Positions 52,309 through 64,000 of a DNA stretch of 64,000 nucleotides are shown in pieces. The DNA is taken from assembly GCA_019650635.1 (NCBI GenBank), contig BOXE01000001.1:76193-140192 (forward strand), written 5' to 3'. The stretch comes from Alphaproteobacteria bacterium. GTDB taxonomy: Bacteria > Pseudomonadota > Alphaproteobacteria > Methylaequorales > Methylaequoraceae. Each line of letters starts with the position of its first letter. The first letter of the stretch is position 1. The position numbers and the translations under genes were made by a program. The notes under the pieces are model-generated. The model saw only the letters and a program-made list of their open reading frames with translations. It was not told where the DNA came from and searched no databases.

Positions 52309-53260
52309 ATGAATGAAAAAATAAGTGGAAAAAAAGTAGTTGTTTTCGGCGGAAAGGGATTCATCGGCTCTCATTTGGTAAATCTTTTATGCAAGAATTC
52401 ATGTCAAGTTGATATTGTAACAAGAAGTGACAATAAAAAACTTGATTTTTTTTTAGGTAGTGAACCTGGACAAGTAAGTGTAAAAAAAATAGAGCAATTT
52501 TCTGAAAATCAACTAGATTATTTAGTCAAAAACGCTGATATAGTTTTTAACTTAATAGGGATTCTCTATGAAAAAAAGAAAAAAACTTTTTCTGATGTAC
52601 ATGTCAATATTCCTAGAGAGATAGCTAGTGCTGCCAAAAGAAATGGTGTAAGAAATTTCATTCATCTTTCTGCTTTGAATATTGAAAAATCAATTACATC
52701 TTTGTATTCGAATTCAAAACTTTTAGGTGAGGAGGTTGTAAGAGAAAAATTTCCAAATTGTGTTATACTTAGACCAAGTGTGGTTTTTGGAAAGAGAGAC
52801 AGTTTCACAAATTTCTTTTTAAGCATGTCTAATTTTAGTCCTTTCCTGCCTATTATTGGTACACCTGAAATAAAAAAAAAAGGTTTAATTCCCATATTGA
52901 ATTTTAAAAAAAGTAAGATTTCAACCTATTTATGTTGGAGATCTTGTTTCTTTTATGATTAATACTTGCCTGTTGAAGAAAAAAATTTTTGACCTTTCAG
53001 GTCCAACAGTCCAATCTTTTGATGAAATTTTTGATATAATTCTTAATTGTAAAAAAAGAAAAAGACTTTATTTACCTATTCCCTTTTTTTTGGCAAGAAT
53101 CTTAGCTTTATTTATGGAAATAATGCCAAAACCTTTACTTACACGTGATCAAGTAAGATTATTAGAGTATGATAATGTTTCGTCAAAAGGATTCGAAAAT
53201 TTAAAGCAATTTGTTAAGAACCCCTCTTCATTGAAGACAATAGCAGAAACTTATTTGTAA
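52309..53260 (+). pseudogene. NAD-dependent epimerase/dehydratase, complex I NDUFA9-like family, one frameshift
   Basis: Rossmann VFGGKGFIGSHL. ORF 52309..52962 switches at the A7 run 52906-52912 to ...KKVRFQPIYVGDLVSFMINT..., which joins ORF 52955..53260. Confidence 0.78.
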
Positions 53261-53264
53261 AAAT

Positions 53265-54075
53265 TCAAATTAAGGCCAGTAAGATCCACAAGCCAAAACT
53301 TACTCTATATACAACAAAAATAAATAATGAGAATCTTTTTACCCACATTACTAAAAAATATATAAAGATTATTGAAAAGAAAAAACTTAGAAAAAAAATT
53401 ATTGAAGTGTGAAAATTTATCAATGAACCAAAAGAGCTATCAAGTGAGGAATTTACAATCATAAAGATCATTGCTCCTATTATTACTGGAATACTTAAAA
53501 GATTTGAGTATTCTACTGAAAATTGCCTTTGGAATCCAAAGAATCTCATTATGGTTAAAATTGCACCAGATCTACTTACTCCAGGTATAAGCGCTAAGAC
53601 ACTGAAAGACGCCAATAAGAAATGACATCAAATAATTAAGTGAATTTTGATTTTTAATTCTCAAACAAAATTTGTCTGCTAAGAACAAAATTATTCCAAA
53701 AAAAATACTTGATATTGCAATGATGAGTAAAAGTCCATCCCAGTTATAATCCAATATTTTAAAAATTACATACCCAGCCACCATAATTGGAATCGTTGAG
53801 ATGACTAGATTTATTAAAATAAAAGAGTTTTTATCAATATCTGGTCTATCAATCATTTTAATTGAAAACAAAAGACCTAGGAGAGCTCTTCGATAGAAAG
53901 TTATAATAGCTAAAAGTGAACCAAAATGTGCAATTATTGTGGCTTCGTGAATAGTAATGCCTGCATAATTATCGATAGGATAAATTGAATTAAAAATTAT
54001 CAAATGTCCTTGAGAACTAATTGGAAGAAATTCTGTGAATCCCTGGATTAGACAAAATAAGACAAGAGCAAGCAA
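53265..54075 (-). pseudogene. uppP: Undecaprenyl-diphosphate phosphatase (BacA/UppP), one frameshift
   Basis: FTEFLPISSQGHL motif in ORF 53572..54075. The C-terminal half with PGVSRSGA is in ORF 53265..53615. The two overlap out of frame near 53575-53615. Confidence 0.88.
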
Positions 54076-54167
54076 ACTTTTACACCTCTTAAATTAATAA
54101 TAATACTATAATATAAAATTAAAATGATTTATTATAAAAATATGCTAATAAATAAAAAATTCACATT

Positions 54168-55066
54168 ATGAATATAAAAAATTTTGACCTTAACTTACTT
54201 TTAGTTTTTAAAACACTTTTTGAAGAGCGAAACGTTACCAAAGCTAGTAAAAAAATGGGAATAACTCAGCCTGCTATGAGTAACGCATTAAATAGTTTAA
54301 AAGGTATCTTGTGAAAGATGATCTTTTTATAAGGGGACCAAGAGGAATGAGACCCACTCCGAGAGCTAATGACCTTTCTCTTCCAATACAAAGTGCATTA
54401 AATAACTTAGAGATTTCCTTATCATCAATAAACTTTAATCCAAAGACAACTAAAAAACTTTTTCGAATTTCCATGTCTGACGACGTTGCTCCAATAATAC
54501 TTCCAAATTTGGTAAATTTTATTGAAAAAAACTCTCCTTCTTCATCTTTGTGTATTAGATCAGAACAAGGAAACGAGGCCCTTAAGCTTTTAGACAATAA
54601 CGAAATTGATTTTGCAGTAGGTCGTTTTGAAACGATAAGTAATAGATTTGGTTATTCAGATCTATTTACGGAACAATACGTTTGCATTTTAAGAAAGTCT
54701 CATCCTTTGGCACTCGAGAAAAAATTATCTATAGATCAATATCTTTCTTCAAAGCATCTCAGAGTTGCTCCAATGGATGCTCCTACTCACCCCATAGATA
54801 GAGAATTGAGTCAACTAAATTTTGAAAGAGAGATATCTGTAAGAATAGATCTTATAACACTTGCACCTGTAATAATTAAGAAGACAGATTTGATTTTAAC
54901 TCTTCCATCAAAAACAGCTCAAAGAATGGCCAAAAATTATGATTTCATTATTACTGAACTTCCAATTGATCTTGAAAAAAGAAAGACAAAAATGGTTTGG
55001 CATAAAGAACTTTTCAAATCATCCAACTTTTTGATTTGGGTTAAGAATCAGATTCTAACAATATAA
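54168..55066 (+). pseudogene. LysR family transcriptional regulator, one frameshift after the HTH
   Basis: ATG at 54168: MNIKNFDLNLLLVFKTLFEERNVTKASKKMGITQPAMSNALNSLK (wHTH). The frame switches near 54300-54312 into ORF 54311..55066 (substrate-binding domain). Confidence 0.85.
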
Positions 55067-55067
55067 A

Positions 55068-55966
55068 ATGAAATAATTTTTTTTTTGGGGGAGGGTTTTT
55101 TTTCAAAAATTTTTTTTTGAGAGTTTGGAAGGCTTTGAGAAATTAAATTTTCACCAAATTTAGAAATTTAAATTCTCAACCTTTTGATGAAAAATTTAAA
55201 AAAAAAAAGAATGACTTTTTCAGAATTTTCTAAAAACCATAATTCTCTTTTTTCTGGAGTGACTCATTTATTGAATTCTATTCCACCTATTAAAGAAAGA
55301 GACATAGTATTCGATTTATTTAAAAAAACAGAAAATACATATTTTAAAGAATTAAAGTGGCTAGGATATTTATCTTCAACAAGTGTATATGGAGACCATC
55401 TAGGCAAATGGGTGGATGAATACACAAAAGTGAACCCAAAAACTATCAGAGGAATAATAAGAAAAAACGTAGAAGATTCTTACTTTAAATTATTTAGAGA
55501 AAATAATATTCCAATCCATATTTTTAGATTACCAGGAATCTATGGACCTGGTAGATCTATAATTGAAAAACTAATAAATGGTAAAAATCTTGTTATAAAA
55601 AAACCCAATCAATTTTTCTCTAGAATTTATGTAGAAGATATTTCCTCTGCAATAATTAAAAGTATGAAAAATCCAACACCAGGAGAAATTTTTAATGTTA
55701 CAGATAATAATCCTTGTTCGTCTGAGGAAGTAACAATATATGCTGCAAAATTACTAAAAATAAAAAACTTGACCTTCATAGATATTAATTCGCCTAAAAT
55801 TAATAAAATTACAAAAGATTTTTATAGAGACAACAAAAGAGTATCCAATAAAAAAATAAAAAAAATATTAGGTTGGACACCCAAATTTGAAAACTATAAA
55901 TTAGGTTTGAAAGAAATTTTAAATATCATAAATGGCAAAAATACTGCAAATAATCCCCTCTCTTGA
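55068..55966 (+). pseudogene. NAD(P)-dependent SDR / epimerase-like protein, N-terminal frameshifts
   Basis: The body is ORF 55184..55966 (SSTSVYGD, RLPGIYGPGR). The Rossmann N-terminus (FFFGGGFFSK-like) lies in the T10/G5/T8 runs at 55075-55120 and reads only across frames from the ATG at 55068. Confidence 0.65.
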
Positions 55967-57075
55967 CCAAATAAATGGGGGAGTTGAAAGAGGAACACTT
56001 GACATTGCAAAAGAATTAATAAAAGTTGGGTTTCAATCGTCTTTGCTCTCTTCTGGTGGTGAGATGGCCGAAAAGTATAAATATAGAGGAGTAGAACATC
56101 ACGAACTTAATATTAAAAAAAAAGGAGTATTTAGTTACTTCATATTAAAAAAAAAAATAAGGAAAATATTAAACGAAATTAAACCTGATATTGTTCATAT
56201 TAGAAGCCGTTGGCCCGCATTTTGTTTTAATAAAATTGTTAAGCAAAATAGAATTCCTCTAGTTACAACATATCATGGAACATATTCCGGAACTAATTTC
56301 TATCCAAAAAAAAAATATAATAGTGTCATGACAGAAGGAGATAAAGTAATAACCATTTCAAAATTTATAGATGATCATGTTAGGTTCAACTTTCCATCGA
56401 CTAAATCGAAACTTATTCAAATCAATAGGGGTATCGATACACAATATTTTGACTTAAATGCTGTGACTGAACAAAAAAGAGAATTTATTATCAAAACTTA
56501 CTTTATCTGAAAATGTTCATGTAATTTTACTTCCTGCAAGAATTACTTCTTGGAAAGGTCACTTAGTTGCTTTAGATGCTGCCAAACTTATAAAACAGAG
56601 AGAACCAGAGTTAAACTTTGTAATTTTATTTGTAGGAAGTGAAGATGGCAAAGAAATTTTCAAAATTTTGAAAAGAAAAAAAAAAAAATGATTTAGAAAA
56701 CAAAATTATTTTTGTGGAAATTTAAGTGATATGCCTGCGTTTATTCAATTGCTGATATAGTATTATCTACTTCTACAGAACCAGAGGCCTTCGGAAGAAT
56801 AAGTGCTGAAGCTTCTTCTATGACTAAACCTATTATTTCATCAAATCACGGAGGGTCTAGAGAAATTATTGAAAATAGTATAACTGGTTGGTTAGTGGAA
56901 CCATCAAACCCAGAACAACTTACTGAGAAAATTTTGGACGTTCTTAATCTTTCGCAAGAAAAAAAAGATTCGATTGGACTTTCTGCAAGGAGAAGAGTTA
57001 AAGAAAAATTTAGTTTGAATGATATGTTAAAAAAAACTTTAGCAGTTTATGAAGATTTGCTCTCTACAAAAAAAA
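55932..57075 (+). pseudogene. Glycosyltransferase family 1 (LPS-core type), interrupted
   Basis: The N-terminal GT-B domain is ORF 55932..56510. The middle part (LLPARITSWKGHLVALDAAK..., FVGNLSDMPA) is in other frames. The C-terminal EPEAFGRISAEA...SNHGGSREII (E-x7-E region) is in ORF 56820..57146. The 3' end is approximate. Confidence 0.78.
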
Positions 57076-57979
57076 AATTTTTATCATTAAGTTTGGTGGA
57101 CTTGGCGATGTTATCCTTCGTTAAACGCAATCTATTCAATATTTAATCATCATAATAAGTGCAAATTAATTCTTTAACAGAAGAACCTTACAACAAGTTG
57201 CTTAAATTCAAATTGGTTTGAAAAAAATTTTCACAATTAAGAAGTTTTTTTATTTCTTAGATTTATTAAAAATAAAAAATGTGATTGATCCTAATGAGTT
57301 TGATTTTGTGTATGACCTTCAAACCTCAAAAGATCATCATCATATTTGAAGATTTTTTTTAAAATCAAATGCTATCACAAATGGTATTGGAAAATACGCA
57401 AAAATTCCTCATTTAGATAAGAACAGAAATAAATGCATACTTTAGACAGACAAAAAGTCAGATTGAAAATGAGTAAAGTGACTATATATCAAAAATTGAT
57501 ACCGAATGGTTATTCAAATCAAAATTTAAAGTTCCAAAACTAAATTCGTAATTATTGTTCCTGGTGGCTCAAAAAAAAGATTAAACAAAAGAATACCAAA
57601 AGAAATCTTTTTGAAAATTACAGCCTATTTATTAAAATCTGGTTTTCAAGTTTTGATAGTAGGGTCTGCAGAAGATTTTAAAGTTTGTAAGTTTATTGAA
57701 TCTATTTATCCAGATGTAATAAATTGTTGCAACAAAACTGATTTTTTTGATATCGGTAAATTATCTTTAAAATCATCATTATCTATTGGAAATGACACAG
57801 GCCCAATGCACTTGATATCAAGGGGAGGTAAAAAAACCATGGTATTGTTCACAGAATTTTCCGATCCACAACTTTGCAAACCAGTTGGAAAAAATGTCTC
57901 CACCTTTATTTATTTAAATGATGATGATAAGTTTTATAAAAAAATTATTTTTAAAATAAAAAAAAATTTAATTCTGTGA
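57062..57979 (+). pseudogene. Glycosyltransferase family 9 (ADP-heptose:LPS heptosyltransferase-like), many frameshifts
   Basis: The N-terminal IFIIKFGGLGDVILSLNAIYSI is visible after an A9 run near 57070. The C-terminal ORF 57611..57979 has GNDTGPMHL. The intervening ~500 nt reads only across frames. Confidence 0.72.
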
Positions 57980-58015
57980 TTGAAGAGTTACGTAAAACAA
58001 CATTAAATTAGATTT

Positions 58016-59929
58016 ATGCCAAGAATTTTATTTCCTGACGGAAGAACCCAGAGTTTTGAAAAAGAAACTAATGGATTTATTATAGCAGAGAGTGTCTCGA
58101 AATCATTGTTGAAAAAAGCTGTAGCAATTTCTGTAAATGGAAAACAAAAAGATTTATGTGATTCTATAACTGAGGACTCTGAAATAAATATAATTACAAA
58201 AGATTCAGATGAAGGTCTTGAGATTATGAGGCATACTTTAACTGCACAAGTTCTTGCTAAAGCAATTAAAACAATATACCCAAAAGCTAAATTAGCAATT
58301 GGTCCAACAATTGAAAACGGATTTTATTACGATGTTTTATTTGAAAAGCCAATTTCAATTGACGATTTTCCTGCAATTGAAAAAGAAATGAATAATATCA
58401 TAAAAAAAGGGAGTCAAATTGAAAAATCCTATAAAGACAAAAAGCAAGTAAAAGAGCTTTTTGACTCAAACAAAGAAATTTACAAAGTAAAAATTATTGA
58501 TGAATCAGAGCAAGAAAAAGATTTCCAAATTTATGAACAGAAAGATTCCAATTTTTTTGATTTATGCAGAGGACCACATCTTCCAAGTTTAAAGTTAGTT
58601 GGTCCGTTTAAACTTACAAAACTTTCTGGTGCTTACTGGAAAGGAGACTCTAAAAACGAAATGCTTCAAAGAATTTATGGTACTGCATGGACAAATGAAA
58701 AAGATCTCGCAAATTATTTAAATCAAATAGAAGAAGCTGAAAAAAGAGACCACAGAAAACTTGGAAAAGAATTAGGCTTATTTCATTTTCAAGAGCAAGC
58801 AGCAGGATCAGTTTTTTGGCATCCTAAAGGTTGGACAATTTACCAAAATATAATGATTTATATTAGAAAGAAACTTGAAAAAGCAGGATATAAAGAAGTG
58901 AATACCCCCCAGCTTGTTGAAAGTTCTTTATGGAAAGACTCAGGTCATTGGGACAAATTTAGAGAACAAATGTTCACCTCTGAATCTGAAGATAAGACTT
59001 TAGCAATCAAGCCAATGAACTGTCCTTGTCATGTTCAAATATTCAGACAAGGTATTAAAAGTTATAAGCAGTTACCTTTAAGAATGTCTGAATTTGGTTG
59101 TTGCCATAGAAACGAACCGTCAGGTGCATTACATGGTTTAATGAGATTAAGATCATTTGTTCAAGATGATGCTCATATTTTCTGTACTGAGGAACAAATA
59201 ATTTCTGAGACGTCAGAATTTTGTAAGCTACTAATGGAAGTGTATGAAGATTTTGGCTTTAAAGATGTAGTTATAAAGTTTTCTGATCGTCCGGTTAATA
59301 GAGCAGGTAGTGATAAAGTTTGGGATCGGGCTGAGAAATCCCTTACAAATGCAGTTGAAATGGCTGGGTATAACTATGAACTCAATCCAGGGGAAGGGGC
59401 TTTTTATGGTCCAAAACTCGAGTTTGTTTTGAGAGATGCAATTGGAAGAGATTGGCAGTGTGGAACTCTTCAGGTTGATTTTGTCTTACCAGAAAGATTG
59501 GATGCCTCTTACATTGGTGAAGATGGAAAAAAATATAGGCCTGTGATGTTACACAGAGCAATCCTTGGTTCATTTGAGAGATTTATTGGTATTTTGATTG
59601 AAAATTACTCAGGTAGACTCCCAGCATGGCTAAGTCCAATTCAAGTTGCCCTAGCAACAATTAATTCAAATTGTATAAATTATGCAGAAGAATTAGCAAA
59701 TGATTTAAAAAAAATAAATATAAAGTGTATTACAGACATTAGAAACGAGAAATTGAATTATAAAATAAGAGAGCTCTCAAACCAAAAAATAAATTTTATT
59801 GGTATCATCGGAGACAAGGAAGTTAAAAATAAGCAAGTTGTTCTTAGAACTTTGGGAACTAAAAATCAGGATGTGCTGTTTGTTGAAGACTTTATAAAAA
59901 AAATAAAAATTTCTTGCAGAATTGCTTAA
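58016..59929 (+). CDS. thrS: Threonyl-tRNA synthetase
   Basis: 637-aa intact ORF with a TGS N-terminus, an editing domain, class II motifs ([29 protein letters not shown]) and an anticodon-binding C-terminus. Confidence 0.96.
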   Translation: MPRILFPDGRTQSFEKETNGFIIAESVSKSLLKKAVAISVNGKQKDLCDSITEDSEINIITKDSDEGLEIMRHTLTAQVLAKAIKTIYPKAKLAIGPTIENGFYYDVLFEKPISIDDFPAIEKEMNNIIKKGSQIEKSYKDKKQVKELFDSNKEIYKVKIIDESEQEKDFQIYEQKDSNFFDLCRGPHLPSLKLVGPFKLTKLSGAYWKGDSKNEMLQRIYGTAWTNEKDLANYLNQIEEAEKRDHRKLGKELGLFHFQEQAAGSVFWHPKGWTIYQNIMIYIRKKLEKAGYKEVNTPQLVESSLWKDSGHWDKFREQMFTSESEDKTLAIKPMNCPCHVQIFRQGIKSYKQLPLRMSEFGCCHRNEPSGALHGLMRLRSFVQDDAHIFCTEEQIISETSEFCKLLMEVYEDFGFKDVVIKFSDRPVNRAGSDKVWDRAEKSLTNAVEMAGYNYELNPGEGAFYGPKLEFVLRDAIGRDWQCGTLQVDFVLPERLDASYIGEDGKKYRPVMLHRAILGSFERFIGILIENYSGRLPAWLSPIQVALATINSNCINYAEELANDLKKINIKCITDIRNEKLNYKIRELSNQKINFIGIIGDKEVKNKQVVLRTLGTKNQDVLFVEDFIKKIKISCRIA

Positions 59930-60005
59930 AGTGTGAATATTTTGAAGAAATAATGTAAATTGCAGAATGAAAGGAATTTTTTTTAAAATATGCAATTAGT
60001 TAAAT

Positions 60006-60540
60006 ATGAATAAAGGTCGATTTCACTCACCAAAGCTGCAAGGTCCAGCTATCAACGAAAGAATCAAATCTAAATCTGTAAGAGTAATCTCAGAAAAAGG
60101 CGAAATGTTAGGTGTTTATGACACCCAGGATGCTGTAAAACTTGCATTTGAACAGGGCCTGGATCTTGTTGAAGTTTCACCAAATGCATCACCCCCTGTT
60201 TGTAAAATCATAGATTATGGAAAATATAAGTATCAAGTACAAAAAAAGCAGGCTGAAGCAAAAAAAAAAACAAAAAACCTTTGAGGTGAAAGAAGTGAAA
60301 CTTAGACCTGGAATTGAAGACCATGACTATGTTGTAAAACTAAAGTCTATTCAACGTTTTTTAAATGGAGGTGATAAAGTCAAGATTACATTAAGATTTA
60401 AAGGAAGAGAAATGGCATATCATCAAAGAGGCATGGATGTTCTTAAAAAATTAGAAAGTCAGATTGAACCTATGGCAAAAATTGAGCAGGTACCAACACT
60501 CGAGGGCAAACATATGATTATGGTTGTAGCACCTAGATAG
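60006..60540 (+). pseudogene. infC: Translation initiation factor IF-3, one frameshift in an A11 run
   Basis: ORF 60006..60284 ([22 protein letters not shown]) and ORF 60217..60540 (VKEVKLRPGIEDHDY...) join as ...[16 protein letters not shown]... if the A11 run at 60260-60270 changes length. Confidence 0.92.
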
Positions 60541-60594
60541 CTTTAAAAAAACGACCTTGCTTTGACAAAAAAAAACGCTATAAATAATTTTATT

Positions 60595-60798
60595 ATGCCT
60601 AAAATAAAAACAAAAAGTGGTACAAAAAAAAGATTCAAAGTAACAGCAACTGGTAAAGTGTTGATGTTTGCAAGCGGAAAAAGACATAATCTAACAAAAA
60701 GAACTAAAACCATGAAAAGGTCTTCAAGAGGTCCAACTGTGATGTCCAAACAAGATACAAAAATTGTGAAAAAATATATTAATGCGAAGCTAAGGTAA
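60595..60798 (+). CDS. rpmI: 50S ribosomal protein L35
   Basis: [22 protein letters not shown] from the internal ATG of ORF 60562..60798. Lies between infC and rplT. Confidence 0.93.
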   Translation: MPKIKTKSGTKKRFKVTATGKVLMFASGKRHNLTKRTKTMKRSSRGPTVMSKQDTKIVKKYINAKLR

Positions 60799-60803
60799 TC
60801 TAA

Positions 60804-61154
60804 ATGTCACGAGTCAAAGCAGGCAGTGTAACAAGGTCAAGACACAAAAAAATTTTAAAGAGAGCTAAAGGTTATTTTGGAAGAAGAAAAAACACTTTTA
60901 AAGTGGCCAACCAAGCTGTTGAAAAAGCAGGGCAGTACGCTTACAGAGATAGAAAAGTAAAAAAAAGAGAGTTTAGAAGACTTTGGATTCAAAGGATAAA
61001 CGCAGGGTGTAGATTAAATGGAATAAAATACTCGACCTTTATGAATGGATTGAAAAAAGTTAATCTTAATTTTAACAGAAAAGTCTTAGCTGATATTGCT
61101 GCGCTCGAACCAGAATCTTTTAAAGAAATAGTGGCAAAAGTAAAAGCTGCCTAA
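60804..61154 (+). CDS. rplT: 50S ribosomal protein L20
   Basis: [26 protein letters not shown]... 116 aa. Confidence 0.95.
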   Translation: MSRVKAGSVTRSRHKKILKRAKGYFGRRKNTFKVANQAVEKAGQYAYRDRKVKKREFRRLWIQRINAGCRLNGIKYSTFMNGLKKVNLNFNRKVLADIAALEPESFKEIVAKVKAA

Positions 61155-61166
61155 AGCAACCCTAGA

Positions 61167-62231
61167 ATGAATTACGATGAAATAATTCAATCAGCCTTGA
61201 AAGAGGTTGAAGATTCAAATGCAAGTGAAAAGCTTGAACAAGTAAGAGTGAAATATTTCGGCAAAAATGGTACTTTTACTAATGCACTGAAATCTTTATC
61301 AACATTGTCTATTGAAGAGAAAAAAAGTGTGGGTGAAAAGTTAAATGGTTTTAAAAATCTTTTCTTTTCTAGCTTTTCTAGAAAGAAAAACCAGATTGAA
61401 AACTTAGAAATAAATAAAAAATTAGAGAATGATTTTATAGATTTATCATTACCAGCTCGTGAAGTTAATTTTATTGAAGCAAAAGTTCATCCAATAAGTC
61501 ACACTACCAACGAAATAGTTAATATTTTAGGTGACATGGGTTTATCCTATGAAGAGGGACCAGATATCGAAGATGATTTTCATAATTTTTCGGCGCTGAA
61601 TATTCCGGAAAATCACCCAGCAAGACAAATGCATGATACATTCTACATTAAAAGTAAAACTCATGAAAAATTCGTTTTAAGAACTCATACATCGCCAGTG
61701 CAAATTCGTTCTTTAAAAAAAAATAAACTTCCATTGAAAATTTTTGCACCCGGAAGAACATATCGATGTGATTCAGATATGACACATACGCCTATGTTTC
61801 ATCAAGTTGAGGGTTTGGTGGTAGACAAGGATATAACATTTGCAAATTTAAAATGGTTCGTAGAATCTTTTTGTAAAACTTTTTTTGAAAAAAATGATCT
61901 TAAACTTAGATTTAGACCTTCATATTTTCCATTCACCGAGCCATCAGCGGAGGTCGATATAAATTTTAAGAAAGAGTCTGGAAAAATCATTATTGGGGAG
62001 GGTGACAAGTGGATGGAAATTTTAGGTTGTGGTCTTGTTCATCCTGAAGTTTTTAGAATGTCAGGAGTTAAACAAGATGTCACTGGTTTTGCATTTGGTA
62101 TGGGGATAGAAAGGCTTGCTATGCTAAAATATGGAATGCCTGATCTTCGAGATTTTTTTGATAGTGATTTAAAGTGGTTAGAGCATTATGGATTTAGTTT
62201 TTTTGAGAAAACTGACTTGAGTTGGAGGTAA
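61167..62231 (+). CDS. pheS: Phenylalanyl-tRNA synthetase alpha subunit
   Basis: Class II motifs HPARQMHDTFY, FRPSYFPFTEPS and GFAFGMGIERLAM. 354 aa. Confidence 0.95.
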   Translation: MNYDEIIQSALKEVEDSNASEKLEQVRVKYFGKNGTFTNALKSLSTLSIEEKKSVGEKLNGFKNLFFSSFSRKKNQIENLEINKKLENDFIDLSLPAREVNFIEAKVHPISHTTNEIVNILGDMGLSYEEGPDIEDDFHNFSALNIPENHPARQMHDTFYIKSKTHEKFVLRTHTSPVQIRSLKKNKLPLKIFAPGRTYRCDSDMTHTPMFHQVEGLVVDKDITFANLKWFVESFCKTFFEKNDLKLRFRPSYFPFTEPSAEVDINFKKESGKIIIGEGDKWMEILGCGLVHPEVFRMSGVKQDVTGFAFGMGIERLAMLKYGMPDLRDFFDSDLKWLEHYGFSFFEKTDLSWR

Positions 62232-62232
62232 G

Positions 62233-64000
62233 GTGAGATTCACGTTAGCATGGTTAAAAGAATACCTTGAGTTTGATTCATCTATAGATTCATTATGCCA
62301 AAAATTAACCTCCATAGGTCTTGAGGTAGAAGAAGTAAAAAATCCAAAAAATGATCTTAATAAATTTATTGTTTCAGAGGTCGTTGAAATCAATTCACAT
62401 CCGAATGCAGACAAATTGAAAATTTGTGATGTAAATAATGGAAAAGAAATTTTAAAAATTGTTTGCGGTGCTTCAAATGTAAAAAAGAATATGAAAACAG
62501 TTCTTGCAAGTGTTGGATGTATAGTTAAACCTAATAAAGAAGATCAATTTAAAATCAAAAAAAGTAAGATTAGAGGCGTTGAGTCTCAAGGAATGTTGTG
62601 CTCTGAAGAAGAATTAAATTTATCTGAGGAATCAGAGGGTATTATTGAATTAAATGAAAACGCCAAAGTTGGGGAAGATTTCAATAAATATATAGATGAT
62701 GAAATTATAGAAATTGAAATTGCCATAACACCGAATAGAGTTGATTGTGCAAGTGTTTTCGGTATTGCAAGAGATCTTAGTGCCTCTGGGTTTGGGAAGT
62801 TAAAACAAAAAAAAATAAAAAAAATTGAAAATGATTTCGAAAGTTCAATAAAAATTAATAATACACTTAAATCTGATTCATGCCCTCAGTTTTCACTTCG
62901 ACAAATGACGAACGTAAAAAATTGTCAGTCTCCAGAAAAGATTATCAAGCGATTTGGAGGGTCGGGATTAAAAGTTATATCCGCATTGGTAGATGTTACC
63001 AATTATTTGACTGTTGATTATTGCAGACCATTACACGTATTTGACTTAGATAAAATTGAAGGAGATATAACTATAAGAAATTCAAAAAGAGGTGAAAAAT
63101 TTATTGGATTAGACGAAAAAGAATACACTTTGGATAATGATATGATAGTAATCTGCGATGAAAAAAAAATAATAAGTTTAGCTGGTGTTATGGGTGGATT
63201 GAATTCGTCTTGTGATGAAAATACTAAAAATATTCTAATTGAGTCAGCATATTTTATGCCAGAAAATGTTGCATCAACAGGTCGTAAATTAAATATCATC
63301 AGCGATGCAAGATATAGATTTGAAAGAGGTATAGACCCAGAATCTACATTTGATGGAATTGAACTTCTACGGAGATGATACTAAACTTTGTGGGGAAAAG
63401 TTGGTTCAATCATTTCTGATTCCAACCTAACTAAGTCTTTTACTAAAATAAGTGTTGAGAAAAAGTTTTTGAAAAGATATTGGGTCACGAAATAGAAGAA
63501 AATTCAATTTGTGAAAAATTAGTTAAATTAGGTTGTCAAATAACAGACTTAAAAGATAAATTTTTAATAATCCCGCCATCTTGGAGACAAGATTTAAAAA
63601 TTAAAGAGGACTTGGTAGAGGAGGTTGGTAGACTTTTAGGTTACGAAAAGATACCAAACAAAGCTTTCGATTTAAAAAAAAATAATGAAGCGAGTGTTAC
63701 TTCTGAAACTCAAAAAATAAAAAGACAAATAAAAGAACTTCTTGTGAGTCGAAATATCATGGAAATTATTTCTTGGTCTTTTCAAATAAAAATGGGAGGA
63801 AAATGTCACAGGAGATTCAGATAATATTGAAATTTTAAATCCTATCAGTGAAGATCTATCATGTTTGCGACAAAATCTATTAGGCGGACTATTAAATATT
63901 GTAAACAAAAATAATAACAAAGATCGCCAAAATATATCAATATTTGAAATAGGACCAGTTTTTACTGGTATACACCCTGGGGAACAAAAGGACTGTCTAA
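62233..64000 (+). pseudogene. pheT: Phenylalanyl-tRNA synthetase beta subunit, 3' end beyond the window, interrupted after ~63378
   Basis: GTG start 1 nt after pheS. tRNA-binding domain HPNADKLKICDV and B3/4 domain in the intact ORF 62233..63378. Later pieces (ORF 63480..63824 and beyond) are in other frames. Confidence 0.9.

Noticed and set aside
54076-54167. I looked for a LysR-type T-N11-A dyad in the divergent uppP / LysR spacer.
   Set aside because: The spacer is almost pure A/T. Many T-N11-A matches occur trivially and no extended dyad stands out.
59958-59997. An inverted repeat AATTGCA ... TGCAATT between thrS and infC, as a possible terminator or IF-3 regulatory hairpin.
   Set aside because: The arms are only 7 bp with a 26-nt loop in very AT-rich sequence and no U-tract. 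It is too weak to call.
60260-60270. The A11 run splitting infC could be a programmed ribosomal frameshift or transcriptional slippage site.
   Set aside because: No such recoding is known for IF-3. The same kind of break occurs at dozens of shorter runs in unrelated genes of this window, so a run-length error is the simpler explanation.

Overview
This is a visibly AT-rich, very compact chromosomal segment of a streamlined alphaproteobacterium. It holds about 78 protein genes and 2 tRNAs in 64 kb. Most spacers are under 60 bp and many genes share 4-nt stop/start overlaps.

Content is almost entirely core housekeeping, arranged in neighbourhoods typical of Alphaproteobacteria:
- dnaA-dnaN-recF-gyrB, then PBP1A
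- SCO1, a tetrapyrrole-methylase-like gene and CbiX
- LPS sugar genes (UDP-xylose synthase, hldE)
- polA
- PCuAC-hprK-rapZ-EIIA(Man)-HPr-EI-ahcY
- tsaE-amgK-murU-sbcB-trxA
- folC-accD-trpA-trpB-trpF-pyrF-ihfB-sppA-rpsA-cmk-aroA (minus strand)
- hsp20-DUF1150
- ptsN-hpf-lptB-lptA-lptC-kdsD-rnd (minus strand)
- uppP, a LysR regulator and two glycosyltransferases
- thrS-infC-rpmI-rplT-pheS-pheT

The AT richness, compaction and gene set look SAR11/Pelagibacterales-like. That is inference only, because no search was run.

I saw no rRNA, CRISPR, transposase, integrase, prophage or recognisable defence genes. I did not find a convincing novel multi-gene system.

The dominant unusual signal looks technical. 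About 30 conserved genes, including single-copy essentials, are interrupted by +/-1 shifts at short homopolymers. The breaks cluster in blocks separated by clean blocks.

The most interesting biological observations are:
- a permease-less regulatory PTS cluster whose EIIA, HPr and EI modules run in one frame
- lptB abutting hpf with no rpoN between them
- an exonuclease I gene in the slot where relatives carry addBA
- a ROSE-like hairpin in front of hsp20
- a 16-bp palindrome inside a promoter, plus a long hairpin, upstream of a POT peptide transporter
- a tightly coupled trio of tiny unknown ORFs
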